From: Eledone cirrhosa
Lineage: Eukaryota
Direction: 5' to 3'
Length of the DNA stretch: 64,000 bases
NCBI GenBank assembly: GCA_964016885.1
Contig: CAXHJY010000183.1
Coordinates: 15,769 to 79,768 of the forward strand
The notes below the pieces were generated by a model. The model worked only from the letters and a program-made list of their open reading frames with translations, made no database searches and was not told the DNA's origin. The translations under genes and the position numbers were made by a program. Shown here piece by piece: positions 12,691-27,067 of the stretch (position 1 is its first letter; every line of letters starts with the position of its first letter).

Positions 12691-13436
12691 TATTAATATA
12701 GTTTACACAAAAAGTAAGCAATTATTACTGCTACAAGCAGTAATTACTAGCCCTATGATACTTTATCCCTCTATATTTTGTGTTAAATGAACCTAATTAA
12801 GTAATCTGTTTTCATAATAGTAATTCTCAATGACAAGTAATTACAGCATAACTCATCTCAAATTGGCTGAAACTGGTAATTTTAGATATGAATATTTATC
12901 TGGAAACCTTCCATATATAATTTCATGTAAGAACATTTAAGTTATGCTGCAAACATCAGCTTAATGAGGAAGATAGATATATTTTGAAATTCTTGATTAC
13001 TTTCAAAATGATTGGGAAATTATAGGCCGTGTCTTTCATTAGCAATATTGTAATGGAAGGGTTAAGGTCCACAGAATTATACTGTGTGACAAGATTTTTA
13101 AGTGATAGAAAAGAAAGCACAATATTATTTAGCACATGATTAGGGGAGGGGCATATAGAGATGTAAAAAAAAAAAATCCATAATTTCTATAAGAGAAATA
13201 ATTCAAATATTCCATAATTAAGCACAACAACAGTGATTGATTAGCTTAAAACAGATTATTAAATGAAAAATGATGAACATTCCTCTTTTTCGTTGTAGGT
13301 TAAAACATGTGTAAAAAAAATAAAATGTTAAAAATGTATGTTGTTAACCAGATTTTAATTTTTTAGAATGTTAATCCTGAACATCTTGTACTGTATAAAG
13401 GTGAATTAGCAAGAGATTTGTTGAAAAGTATCATAC

Positions 13437-13628
13437 AAGTGGATTGGCAGTATTGGTAGAGGGTCGGACGCCATACTTTGACGTATAGAGTTACGGCCCT
13501 TGCCATTCTGAGTTCAAATCCCGCCGAGGTTAACTTTACCTTTCATCTTTACGGGGTCGATAAAATAAAGTACCAGTAATGCACTGGGTAATTGCTGGCC
13601 TTGTGCCAAACGTAGAAACAATTATTAC
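13437..13628 (+). mobile_element. SINE family 2
   Basis: Near-identical to 12502-12690. Confidence 0.85.
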
Positions 13629-13712
13629 ATAAACAAATTAAAAGCTTCACTAATGCTGAAAATTTACACAATTTTCTTTTAACTAGCAAAGACTGAATGA
13701 AACTTTTTCTTT

Positions 13713-16700
13713 CTATAGTATATGTTACAACCTCCCTCTATAGTATATGTTACAGCCACCCTCTATAGTATATGTTACAGCCACCCTCTATAGTATATGT
13801 TACAGCCACCCTCTATAGTATATGTTACAGCCACCCTCTATAGTATATGTTACAGCCACCCTCTATAGTATATGTTACAGCCTCCCTCTATAGTATATGT
13901 TACAACCTCCCTCTATAGTATATGTTACAACCTCCCTCTATAGCATATGTTACAGCCACCCTCTATAGTATATGTTACAGCCTCCCTCTATAGTATATGT
14001 TACAGCCTCCTTCTATAGTATATGTTACAGCCTCCCTCTATAGTATATGTTACAGCCTCCCTCTATAGTATATGTTACAGCCACCCTCTATAATATATGT
14101 TACAGCCACCCTCTATAGTATATGTTACAACCTCCCTCTATAGTATATGTTACAACCTCCCTCTATAGTATATGTTACAGACTCCCTCTATAGCATATGT
14201 TACAGCCACCCTCTATAGTATATGTTACAGCCACCCTCTATAGTATATGTTACAGCCTCCCTCTATAGTATATGTTACAGCCTCCCTCTTATAGTATATG
14301 TTACAGCCTCCCTCTATAGTATATGTTACAGCCTCCCTCTATAGTATATGTTACAGCCTCCCTCTATAATATATGTTACAACCTCCCTCTATAGTATATG
14401 TTACAGCCTCCCTCTATAGTATATGTTACAGCCTCCCTCTATAGTATATGTTACAGCCACCCTCTATAGTATATGTTACCATCCCCTCTATAGTATATGT
14501 TACAGCCTCCCTCTATAGTATATGTTACAGCCTCCCTCTATAGTATATGTTACAGCCTCCCTCTATAGTATATGTTACAGCCACCCTCTATAGTATATGT
14601 TACAGCCACCCTCTATAGTATATGTTACAGCCTCCCTCTATAGTATATGTTACCATCCCCTGTATAGTATATGTTACAGCCTCCCTCTATAGCATATGTT
14701 ACAGCCACCCTCTATAGTATATGTTACAGCCACCCTCTATAGTATATGTTACAGCCTCCCTCTATAGTATATGTTACAGCCTCATTCTATAGTATATGTT
14801 ACAGCCTCCCTCTATAATATATGTTACAGCCTCCCTCTATAGTATATGTTACAGCCTCCCTCTATAGTATATGTTACAGCCTCCCTCTATAGTATATGTT
14901 ACAGCCACCCTCTATAGTATATGTTACCATCCCCTCTATAGTATATGTTACAGCCTCCCTCTATAGCATATGTTACAGCCACCCTCTATAGTATATGTTA
15001 CAGCCACCCTCTATAGTATATGTTACAGCCTCCCTCTATAGTATATGTTACAGCCTCCCTCTATAGTATATGTTACAGCCTCCCTCTATAGTATATGTTA
15101 CAGCCTCCCTCTATAGTATATGTTACAGCCTCCCTCTATAGTATATGTTACAGCCACCCTCTATAATATATGTTACCATCCCCTCTATAGTATATGTTAC
15201 AGCCACCCTCTATAGTATATGTTACAGCCTCCTTCTATAGTATATGTTACAGCCACCCTCTATAGTATATGTTACCATTCCCTCTATAGTATATGTTACA
15301 GCCACCCTCTATAGTATATGTTACAGCCTCCCTCTATAGTATATGTTACAATCCCCTCTATAGTATATGTTACAGCCACCCTCTATAATATATGTTACAG
15401 CCTCCCTCTATAGTATATGTTACCATCCCCTCTATAGTATATGTTACAGCCACCCTCTATAATATATGTTACAGCCTCCCTCTATAGTATATGTTACAAC
15501 CTCCCTCTATAGTATATGTTACCATTCCCTCTATAGTATATGTTACAGCCACCCTCTATAATATATGTTACAGCCTCCCTCTATAGTATATGTTACAGCC
15601 TCCCTCTATAGTATATGTTACAGCCTCCCTCTATAGTATATGTTACAACCTCCCTCTATAGTATATGTTACCATCCCCTCTATAGTATATGTTACAGCCT
15701 CCCTCTATAGTATATGTTACAGCCTCCCTCTATAGTATATGTTACAACCTCCCTCTATAGTATATGTTACCACCCCCTCTATAGTATATGTTACAGCCAC
15801 CCTCTATAGTATATGTTACAGCCTCCTTCTATAGTATATGTTACAGCCACCCTCTATAGTATATGTTACCATTCCCTCTATAGTATATGTTACAGCCACC
15901 CTCTATAGTATATGTTACAGCCTCCCTCTATAGTATATGTTACAATCCCCTCTATAGTATATGTTACAGCCACCCTCTATAATATATGTTACAGCCTCCC
16001 TCTATAGTATATGTTACCATCCCCTCTATAGTATATGTTACAGCCACCCTCTATAATATATGTTACAGCCTCCCTCTATAGTATATGTTACAACCTCCCT
16101 CTATAGTATATGTTACCATTCCCTCTATAGTATATGTTACAGCCACCCTCTATAATATATGTTACAGCCTCCCTCTATAGTATATGTTACAGCCTCCCTC
16201 AATAGTATATGTTACAGCCTCCCTCTATAGTATATGTTACAACCTCCCTCTATAGTATATGTTACAGCCTCCCTCTATAGTATATGTTACAGCCTCCCTC
16301 TATAGTATATGTTACAGCCTCCCTCTATAGTATATGTTACAGCCTCCCTCTATAGTATATGTTACAGCCTCCTTCTATAATATATGTTACAGCCTCCCTC
16401 TATAGCATATGTTACAGCCACCCTCTATAGTATATGTTACAGCCACCCTCTATAGTATATGTTACAGCCTCCCTCTATAGTATATGTTACAGCCTCCCTC
16501 TATAGTATATGTTACAGCCTCCCTCTATAGTATATGTTACAGCCTCCCTCTATAGTATATGTTACAGCCTCCCTCTATAGTATATGTTACAGCCTCCCTC
16601 TATAGTATATGTTACAACCTCCCTCTATAGTATATGTTACCATCCCCTCTATAGTATATGTTACAGCCACCCTCTATAATATATGTTACAGCCTCCCTCT

Positions 16701-19700
16701 ATAGTATATGTTACAGCCACCCTCTATAGTATATGTTACAGCCTCCCTCTATAATATATGTTACAGCCACCCTCTATAGTATATGTTACAGCCTCCCTCT
16801 ATAGTATATGTTACAGCCACCCTCTATAGTATATGTTACCATCCCCTCTATAGTATATGTTACAGCCACCCTCTTTAGTATATGTTACAGCCTCCCTCTA
16901 TAGTATATGTTACAGCCACCCTCTATAGTATATGTTACAGCCTCCCTCTATAGTATATGTTACAGCCTCCCTCTATAGTATATGTTACAGCCACCCTCTA
17001 TAGTATATGTTACAGCCTCCCTCTATAGTATATGTTACAGCCTCCCTCTATAGTATATGTTACGGCCACCCTCTATAGTATATGTTACAGCCTCCCTCTA
17101 TAGTATATGTTACAGCCTCCCTCTATAGTATATGTTACAGCCTCCCTCTATAGTATATGTTACAACCTCCCCCTATAGTATATGTTACAGCCTCCCCCTA
17201 TAGTATATGTTACAGCCTCCCTCTATAATATATGCTACAGCCTCCCTCTATAGTATATGTTACAGCCTCCCTCTATAGTATATGTTACAGCCTCCCTCTA
17301 TAATTTATGTTACAGCCTCCCTCTATAGTATATGTTACAGCCTCCCTCTATAGTATATGTTACAGCCTCCCTCTATAGTATATGTTACAGCCACCCTCTA
17401 TAGTATATGTTACAGCCTCCCTCTATAGTATATGTTACAGCCTCCCTCTATAGTATATGTTACCATCCCCTCTATAGTATATGTTACAGCCTCCCTCTAT
17501 AGTATATGTTACAGCCTCCCTCTATAGTATATGTTACAGCCACCCTCTATAGTATATGTTACAGCCTCACTCTATAGTATATGTTACAGCCTCCTTCTAT
17601 AGTATATGTTACAGCCACCCTCTATAGTATATGTTACAGCCTCCTTCTATAGTATATGTTACAGCCACCCTCTATAGTATATGTTACCATTCCCTCTATA
17701 GTATATGTTACAGCCACCCTCTATAGTATATGTTACAGCCTCCCTCTATAGTATATGTTACCATCCCCTCTATAGTATATGTTACAGCCACCCTCTATAA
17801 TATGTTACAGCCTCCCTCTATAGTATATGTTACCATCCCCTCTATAGTATATGTTACAGCCACCCTCTATAATATATGTTACAGCCTCCCTCTATAGTAT
17901 ATGTTACAACCTCCCTCTATAGTATATGTTACCATTCCCTCTATAGTATATGTTACAGCCACCCTCTATAATATATGTTACAGCCTCCCTCTATAGTATA
18001 TGTTACAGCCTCCCTCTATAGTATATGTTACAGCCTCCCTCTATAGTATATGTTACAACCTCCCTCTATAGTATATGTTACCATCCCCTCTATAGTATAT
18101 GTTACAGCCTCCCTCTATAGTATATGTTACAGCCTCCCTCTATAGTATATGTTACAACCTCCCTCTATAGTATATGTTACCACCCCCTCTATAGTATATG
18201 TTACAGCCTCCCTCTATAGTATATGTTACAGCCTCCCTCTATAGTATATGTTACAGCCTCCTTCTATAATATATGTTACAGCCTCCCTCTATAGCATATG
18301 TTACAGCCACCCTCTATAGTATATGTTACAGCCACCCTCTATAGTATATGTTACAGCCTCCCTCTATAGTATATGTTACAGCCTCCCTCTATAGTATATG
18401 TTACAGCCTCCCTCTATAGTATATGTTACAGCCTCCCTCTATAGTATATGTTACAGCCTCCCTCTATAGTATATGTTACAGCCTCCCTCTATAGTATATG
18501 TTACAACCTCCCTCTATAGTATATGTTACCATCCCCTCTATAGTATATGTTACAGCCACCCTCTATAATATATGTTACAGCCTCCCTCTATAGTATATGT
18601 TACAGCCACCCTCTATAGTATATGTTACAGCCTCCCTCTATAATATATGTTACAGCCACCCTCTATAGTATATGTTACAGCCTCCCTCTATAGTATATGT
18701 TACAGCCACCCTCTATAGTATATGTTACCATCCCCTCTATAGTATATGTTACAGCCACCCTCTTTAGTATATGTTACAGCCTCCCTCTATAGTATATGTT
18801 ACAGCCACCCTCTATAGTATATGTTACAGCCTCCCTCTATAGTATATGTTACAGCCTCCCTCTATAGTATATGTTACAGCCTCCCTCTATAGTATATGTT
18901 ACAACCTCCCCCTATAGTATATGTTACAGCCTCCCCCTATAGTATATGTTACAGCCTCCCTCTATAATATATGCTACAGCCTCCCTCTATAGTATATGTT
19001 ACAGCCTCCCTCTATAGTATATGTTACAGCCTCCCTCTATAATTTATGTTACAGCCTCCCTCTATAGTATATGTTACAGCCACCCTCTATAGTATATGTT
19101 ACAGCCTCCCTCTATAGTATATGTTACAGCCACCCTCTATAGTATATGTTACAGCCTCCCTCTATAGTATATGTTACAGCCTCCCTCTATAGTATATGTT
19201 ACCATCCCCTCTATAGTATATGTTACAGCCTCCCTCTATAGTATATGTTACAGCCTCCCTCTATAGTATATGTTACAGCCACCCTCTATAGTATATGTTA
19301 CAGCCTCACTCTATAGTATATGTTACAGCCTCCTTCTATAGTATATGTTACAGCCACCCTCTATAGTATATGTTACAGCCTCCTTCTATAGTATATGTTA
19401 CAGCCACCCTCTATAGTATATGTTACCATTCCCTCTATAGTATATGTTACAGCCACCCTCTATAGTATATGTTACAGCCTCCCTCTATAGTATATGTTAC
19501 CATCCCCTCTATAGTATATGTTACAGCCACCCTCTATAATATATGTTACAGCCTCCCTCTATAGTATATGTTACCATCCCCTCTATAGTATATGTTACAG
19601 CCACCCTCTATAATATATGTTACAGCCTCCCTCTATAGTATATGTTACAACCTCCCTCTATAGTATATGTTACCATTCCCTCTATAGTATATGTTACAGC

Positions 19701-21410
19701 CACCCTCTATAATATATGTTACAGCCTCCCTCTATAGTATATGTTACAGCCTCCCTCTATAGTATATGTTACAGCCTCCCTCTATAGTATATGTTACAAC
19801 CTCCCTCTATAGTATATGTTACCATCCCCTCTATAGTATATGTTACAGCCTCCCTCTATAGTATATGTTACAGCCTCCCTCTATAGTATATGTTACAACC
19901 TCCCTCTATAGTATATGTTACCACCCCCTCTATAGTATATGTTACAGCCTCCCTCTATAGTATATGTTACAGCCTCCCTCTATAGTATATGTTACAGCCT
20001 CCTTCTATAATATATGTTACAGCCTCCCTCTATAGCATATGTTACAGCCACCCTCTATAGTATATGTTACAGCCACCCTCTATAGTATATGTTACAGCCT
20101 CCCTCTATAGTATATGTTACAGCCTCCCTCTATAGTATATGTTACAGCCTCCCTCTATAGTGTATGTTACAGCCTCCCTCTATAGTATATGTTACAACCT
20201 CCCTCTATAGTATATGTTACCATCCCCTCTATAGTATATGTTACAGCCACCCTCTATAATATATGTTACAGCCTCCCTCTATAGTATATGTTACAGCCAC
20301 CCTCTATAGTATATGTTACAGCCTCCCTCTATAATATATGTTACAGCCACCCTCTATAGTATATGTTACAGCCTCCCTCTATAGTATATGTTACAGCCAC
20401 CCTCTATAGTATATGTTACCATCCCCTCTATAGTATATGTTACAGCCACCCTCTTTAGTATATGTTACAGCCTCCCTCTATAGTATATGTTACAGCCACC
20501 CGCTATAGTATATGTTACAGCCTCCCTCTATAGTATATGTTACAGCCTCCCTCTATAGTATATGTTACGGCCACCCTCTATAGTATATGTTACAGCCTCC
20601 CTCTATAGTATATGTTACAGCCTCCCTCTATAGTATATGTTACAGCCTCCCTCTATAGTATATGTTACAACCTCCCCCTATAGTATATGTTACAGCCTCC
20701 CCCTATAGTATATGTTACAGCCTCCCTCTATAGTATATGTTACAGCCTCCCTCTATAGTATATGTTACAGCCTCCCTCTATAATTTATGTTACAGCCTCC
20801 CTCTATAGTATATGTTACAGCCACCCTCTATAGTATATGTGACAGCCTCCCTCTATAGTATATGTTACAGCCACCCTCTATAGTATATGTTACAGCCTCC
20901 CTCTATAGTATATGTTACCATCCCCTCTATAGTATATGTTACAGCCTCCCTCTATAGTATATGTTACAGCCTCCCTCTATAGTATATGTTACAGCCACCC
21001 TCTATAGTATATGTTACAGCCTCACTCTATAGTATATGTTACAGCCTCCTTCTATAGTATATGTTACAGCCACCCTCTATAATATATGTTACAGCCTCCC
21101 TCTATAGTATATGTTACAGCCTCCTTCTATAGTATATGTTACAGCCACCCTCTATAATATATGTTACAGCCTCCCTCTATAGTATATGTTACAACCTCCC
21201 TCTATAGTATATGTTACAACCTCCCTCTATAGTATATGTTACAGCCACCCTCTATAGTATATGTTACAGCCTCCCTCTATAATATATGTTACAGCCTCCT
21301 TCTATAGTATATGTTACAGCCACCCTCTATAGTATATGTTACAGAAACCCTCTATAATATATGTTACAGAAACTCTCTATAGCATATGTTACCATCCGCT
21401 CCATAGAATA
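13713..21410. repeat. 25-bp minisatellite/satellite array, ~310 monomers, consensus CTATAGTATATGTTACAGCC(T/A)CCCT
   Basis: Direct reading. Contains 24-bp variants (taccatcccc). No unique spacers. Confidence 0.98.
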
Positions 21411-22710
21411 TGTAACGCTCTATACTATATTAGACATTTTCTACTAAATTATCCTCATTTGATAGTTGGACATTGTAAGTTTACCTTAGAGTAATGGTTA
21501 TCGCAGTTGTCTGTTATAAAATAGATACATTTGTTAATTCAAATGTTTATAATATCTTTACTGATAAACATATCTTTGTGATTGAAAAATTTGCAGTGTT
21601 AGAGTAAAATGTTTAAATTTTAATAAGAAATTTTAATGTACTGTTTTGTACTTTTCAAGAATGTTTGCTAATGTGGTGTTATATGGTGTAGGACATAAAG
21701 AATTAATGTGATGCAGTCATGGTGTTGTTTTGTACTTTTTAAGAATGTCTTGCTAATGCAGTTTCATTTAGTACAGGATGTTAAGAATTAAGTATCTGAT
21801 TTTTTAAAAACTTTGTCCTTCAAGTTTAAGATCCAAAACATTCCACAGTAGATAAAGCTGACACCAAGTACACAATACCAGTTAAAGGCAAAAGAAAAGT
21901 TGGGTTAGTTCACTTGACATACAAAAATGCAATGTACAGCCAGGGACATTTAGTAAGAGAAAAATAAAAATACACAAAGCCTAAAGTTTGTAGCAGACTG
22001 GAATTCATTACAGATCTTAATTATAATTTTTAATCTATTAAACTGAATAATAAAAGGTTAGAAAAACTATATTTCAAGAGATGAAAAATCAATTACACTC
22101 TTAAGAGAATAATGGTAAAAATCAATATAACTCTTTTGATATTAACCCAACCCAACTAAAACTGGCACTGATTTTAATAAACAAAAGCTCCTATTTTAAA
22201 ATATTCCTTGTAATATAATTATATATATGAACCATATGTTAAGCTACTATCTTAGTAATGAAATATTGTCTGTAAACCCCTCAAAATTCCTAAGTTAACA
22301 TTTGAAATAATGTCACAAATGGGTTAACAGTTTATCCATTTATTTCAATATATATATTTTTTTTATAGCAATACAAATGATTCTATAATTATTACATGGA
22401 AGAATTTTAAAATATTTGTAAATAGCTACAATTTATATCATGTGAAGTTATCTGTTGCAAATAAAGCTAATGTTATAAATATAGAAATTTCATCATGTAA
22501 AAAATACAAAAACTCTAGGCCATGTGTGCAACTTAATATATTTTCACATAAAAAAACTTTTTTTTTTTTTAAATGATATAAAAAATGGAAAGCACAATAT
22601 CCAGCAAAATATTTAACAGACACAAAAATATTAAGTGAAAGAGCAACATAGAGCGAATTTGCCTGAGCAGCATTCCGGAAAACACGAAATATAAAATAGT
22701 TGAAACACAC

Positions 22711-22728
22711 CTGCTGGCACCTTGATAT
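22711..22728 (-). CDS. Candidate 18-nt host microexon ((D)IKVPA(x), phase 1-1)
   Basis: Minus strand: long pyrimidine tract ctctctttcttttccctgtccctctcTGCtcAG | atatcaaggtgccagcag | GTgtgt. Confidence 0.45.
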
Positions 22729-23626
22729 CTGAGCAGAGAGGGACAGGGAAAAGAAAGAGAGAGATATAAAGAAATCAGTTATACTTAGGTATTATATTCA
22801 ATAATTATAATTGCAATTAACCTGCTCATTTTTACACAACAAACATATGAGATAATAAAAAAAAAAGTAAATACAAGTTAAGAATCCTTTATCTGGAATT
22901 CCAAAATTTTAAAACCTCCCAAATCCCATCTTTCTGGTGCTGCCATAACTAAAAAGCAGCAATCATGATGTTTTTTAGTGCAAGTACAGTAAATACAAAA
23001 CATGAAATGTGGATTTGATCATATGAAAATGTATGTAAGTGTAACATGATTAGCATCCTTACCTGTATGGATACAACATTGAATAAAAAAAATTATATAA
23101 AACTGCTTTCAAGGGCATAAGAAATTTAGATAAAACTACATCAAGGATATATTTAATTTATATAAAATTACCTTTAGGAAAAATGTAATTTATATAAAAC
23201 TGGATTCAGGGTAAATGTAATACATAAGTTGTATTATGAGATGTAAATAGGTATCATATTTAGGTTTGGGTTCTACCCCAAAGCAATCCCATTTTATAGA
23301 TACTGAATATGCATTTACAAACATATGAAATCCTGAAATAGAGTTAGTTGCACATGTAAGAGATATATATAGGGAAGCCCCGATTTCATTAAACTCATTC
23401 GTTGATTGTCCTGTTTTTTTTTTTGGGGGGGGGGGGGGGGGGTTAATGTTTACCTTATTCTCTGCGTAATTGTTTGCAAGACATTTTGTATTTGTGTGTA
23501 TACATATATGACAAGCTTTTGATTCCAGAGTCGGACCAGATCAAGCCTTGAGCTGATCAATTGTGAAATGCATGTTACATCTCAATAAATGTAATGAAGA
23601 TCTAGCACCTCGTCATTATTATTATA

Positions 23627-23965
23627 TCATCATCATCATCATCATTTTACGTCCACTTTTTCCCTGCTTGCAAGGGTGGGACGGGAACTGATTCTGGCTT
23701 TATTTCTACAGCTGAATGCCCTTCCTAACACCAACCTCATTTACAGTGAGTGCTGGGTGCTTTTTTGCCGTGGCACCTCCACGACCACTTTGCAGTGGAA
23801 TATGGACCCCAGTCCCTATCATCTCATTTCTACAGCTGAGTAAACTGGAGCAATGTGAAATAAAGTGTCTTGCTCAAGGAAACAACACATCACCCGGTCT
23901 GAGAATTGAACTCACAACCTTTCGATTGCAAGGCCAATGCTCTAACCACTAAGCCATGTGCCTCC
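23627..23965 (-). mobile_element. Full-length SINE: tRNA head, CORE domain, RTE 5'UTR-like body and RTE 3' tail
   Basis: Head ggaggcacatggcttagtggttagagc...gagttcaattc. CORE-like ccttgagcaagacact...cagtttactcagctgtagaaatgag. Tail cccgtcccacccttgcaagcaggg...gacgtaaaa(tga)n matches the end of RTE 27254-30350. Confidence 0.9.
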
Positions 23966-24095
23966 ATATATATAGTGGTAAAAAACCGGGAAGGTATATC
24001 CATAGTAAGTAGAGCACTCAGTCCAGTCCAAAAGATGAATTCGGTGTAGAGTTAGTTTTACAACAAATTACCAAAATATACTCGAGGACGCACAT

Positions 24096-24359
24096 TTCAC
24101 CGAACGGATTTTCAACCTGTCTATGGCTGCAGTGGGAACAGAAAAATATATGAGCTAACTGTGAAGTATCTGTTATGTATTCTGACCCAAATAACCATAA
24201 ATCTTACCTGCAATGAACTAAGTCAAATGAAAATTGTCTAATTTGAGTTGTCTCCCTTGTCACCAAAATATCAGCATGTACCGCGCAGAATCCAGTCAGC
24301 TCATATACACTGCCATTCTCACTGCAGCCATACACGGGTTGAAAATCTGCTCAGTGAAG
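24096..24359. mobile_element. MITE-like element with ~42-bp imperfect inverted repeats
   Basis: ttcaccgaacggattttcaacctgtctatggctgcagtgggaa versus ttctcactgcagccatacacgggttgaaaatctgctcagtgaa. Confidence 0.55.
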
Positions 24360-24690
24360 CGCACGAGTTAGTGTTAGAGCTTTGAGGCTACCAAACATGA
24401 GGTTGTGGGTTCAATACTTGGACTAGGTGATGCATTGTGTCCTTAAGCAAGACACTTTATTTTATGCTGCTCCAGTTTACTCAGCTGTAGAAATGAGTTA
24501 CAACATCACTGGTGCCAAGTTGTATCAGCCATTGCCTTTCCCTTGGACAATATTGGTGGCATGGAGACTGGTCTGCATGGGCAACAGCTGGTTTTCCATA
24601 AACAACCTTGCCCAGACTGCTGCCTCAGAGGGGAAACTTTCTAGGTGCAAATCCCATGGTCATTTGTGACCATAGGAGGTCTTTACCCTT
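24355..24690 (+). mobile_element. tRNA-CORE SINE, alternative-tail subfamily
   Basis: Homologous to 11731-12068. Confidence 0.75.
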
Positions 24691-24711
24691 TACTCTTATA
24701 TATATATATAC

Positions 24712-24925
24712 TTTGGGAGGGTCATGCTGCCAATAAAAAACACGCACACCTGTTGGTTTTCACTTCAATTTATTATAAACTTCCAGTTGGTTAGTTTAAT
24801 ACCTGGATGGTTTATTTGTTTAATGTCACAGCTCTTTCATCACACATTCTGTGACCTCCTCAGTAGCTAATTTGTTATTTTGTGTCTCTCCTTTGTTCTG
24901 TCTTACACCACCTTGTTTTCAGCTC
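24712..24925 (-). mobile_element. Hammerhead-bearing repeat, same family as the arms of 57547-58193
   Basis: Shared terminus ctttgggagggtcatg(c/t)tgccaata. Minus strand reads CTGAGGA-ggtcaca/tgtgat-GAAA-GAGC-TG-tgac. Confidence 0.7.
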
Positions 24926-25330
24926 ACAAGACCCCCCCCCCCAGTATAATACGTTTTCAGATGAGAAATTTTGCAAAACAAATACAAAAAGGAAGTGTGT
25001 GTGTGTGTGTATATGTGTATATATGTATACATATATACACATACATACATACACACATGCAAGTGTGGGTACAAATGAAAGAAAAGAGCAATCATACACA
25101 TATATATTCAATAGTTGTTCGACATTAGGAAAAGAAAGCGGTAAATGTATCATTTGTGTCAAAAAACATATAATTGCAATAATATACAAGAGAAAACAAA
25201 CAGTGCAGCTGATTGTATTCAGAAAACAACAATTCAAGTAACACTACAACACAGTGTGAATGTGTGTGTGTATATATATATATATATTAAAATACAAATA
25301 TTAATAAAATAGATGTTCTTTTGATCAATT

Positions 25331-25387
25331 ATATTTTATTATACATATTTCGGATGTACAACAGTACGTCCTCATCAGACAAAATAT
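25331..25387 (-). ncRNA. Minimal type I hammerhead ribozyme
   Basis: atattttgt CTGATGA ggacgtac-tgtt-gtacatcc GAAA tatgta TA ataaaatat. Stem I has 9 bp. Stem III AUAUGUAU is self-complementary with G-U pairs. Confidence 0.8.
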
Positions 25388-25889
25388 GATACATGACATA
25401 CCCTGAGATGTTAAATGGTTAAGATTTAATCAAGGTAGTGATTAACCTAAGAGAAAGTTTAACATTTATACGCTAAAAATGAGAAAATGCGAAAACGTAA
25501 TAAATTCAATAGAAAATGTGTGAGTAGGAAAAACATTGCTTAATGTAACAGTTATAGAGATTTTAAAATGTATGATACTACAATTTATCTGGGAAAACAG
25601 TCAATGAGAGCCGCTGGGATAGGATATATAGTGAGAGGGAAGATAAGTGGTAATATATGTAGGAGATTTTCCGAAAGTTAAACGGTTAAGTTTCAAAATA
25701 TTTAATTTATGCTATTTTAGGGTGAAAGATCAAGATTTTAGTTTTTTTTTTTAAATTGCTGGTTATTTATATTTATTAATAACTCTGGAAAATTATTTTT
25801 CATCGAGTGCTTCCAATCTACTGTAAAACTCGTTCTTTGATATACTCATTGAATCTTGTTTAACTCTTTAATATATATATATATATCTC

Positions 25890-26127
25890 AAAAATTCGTT
25901 GGATTTTCTAATTGGATACCCTAACACTGGATACCAACACTGAATACACCTGAACTTCTACCAGGAAATCTTTCGTTGTCATTTCTGCTTGCATTTTACA
26001 TATATAGATATATATATCAATGGTTGCGTGGACCCCTCTTAAAGATTCGTTGGATTTTCTAATTGGATACCCCGAAACTGGATACCAATTACTGAATACA
26101 CCTGAACTTCTACCAGGAAATCTTTCA
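25890..26127 (+). repeat. Tandem duplication of an ~85-bp unit
   Basis: attcgttggattttctaattggataccc...cttctaccaggaaatctttc at ~25894 and ~26045. Confidence 0.85.
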
Positions 26128-27067
26128 TATCAGTGAAAATTTTCTTTTCTTTGCTTCATATATATATATTATATATACTTGTCCGCCATTGCAAAAGGCC
26201 ATCAATTCAAAATTTTGAAGAGAGAGGAAAAGAGAGAAGTGATCTATGAACTTGTAACATCTCACTGACCCCCCCCCCCCGTCACCACACTAACAATAAC
26301 GCCTACACTCGCTCTCCACCATCACCACATTACTCTAAGGTCGCTGTCCTGTCCCCTGTTGACATACTGCTGACTCTCTTTTGATGTATGTATGTGTATA
26401 TACATATGTGTATGTGTGTGTATATGTATATCTCAGTGGATGCGACCAGATTTCAACACAGCAACAACTACAACAACAACAGCAGCAACACCAACAACAA
26501 CAACAACAACAACAGCAACAACACCATCGTCTGTGTTGAATGTGTGTGTATGTATTTGTATATATGCGACAGCAATAACAGCATCAACACCATTGTCTGC
26601 AGCAACAGCAGCAGTGAAATGAAGGACAACAACAACAGTAACAACTACAATAACAACTACAGCACCAACAACTGCCACCACCATCACTGACCATCCACCA
26701 CCACCACGCTGATACCATCCACCACCACCACACTGACACCATCCACCACCGCCATTACCAGCGTAAACAAACAATTATTATTGTTATTGTTATTATATAC
26801 AAGCCGAACTGGACTGGGAAAGGTCAACAGTTGACAAGATAGTGATTTTGACGATTTTGATTTTGATTTTGATTTTGACTTTGATTTTGATTTTGTATCA
26901 GTACTGTCGGTAATATATGTATATATATATATGTTTGTGAGTGGTGTGTGTGATTGTATGCATGAATGAGTGTTGGTATGTGTGGTTGTGGTTTGTATGC
27001 ATGAGTATTGGTGTGTGAGTCGTGTCAATAAGTTTCCTTTTTTTTTCTTTTTTTTTTTTTTAATGAC

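Noticed and set aside
13713-21410. CRISPR array
   Set aside because: Head-to-tail monomers with no unique spacers, no cas genes and a eukaryotic context.
23890-23965. tRNA gene
   Set aside because: It is the tRNA-derived head of a multicopy SINE with no proper acceptor stem.
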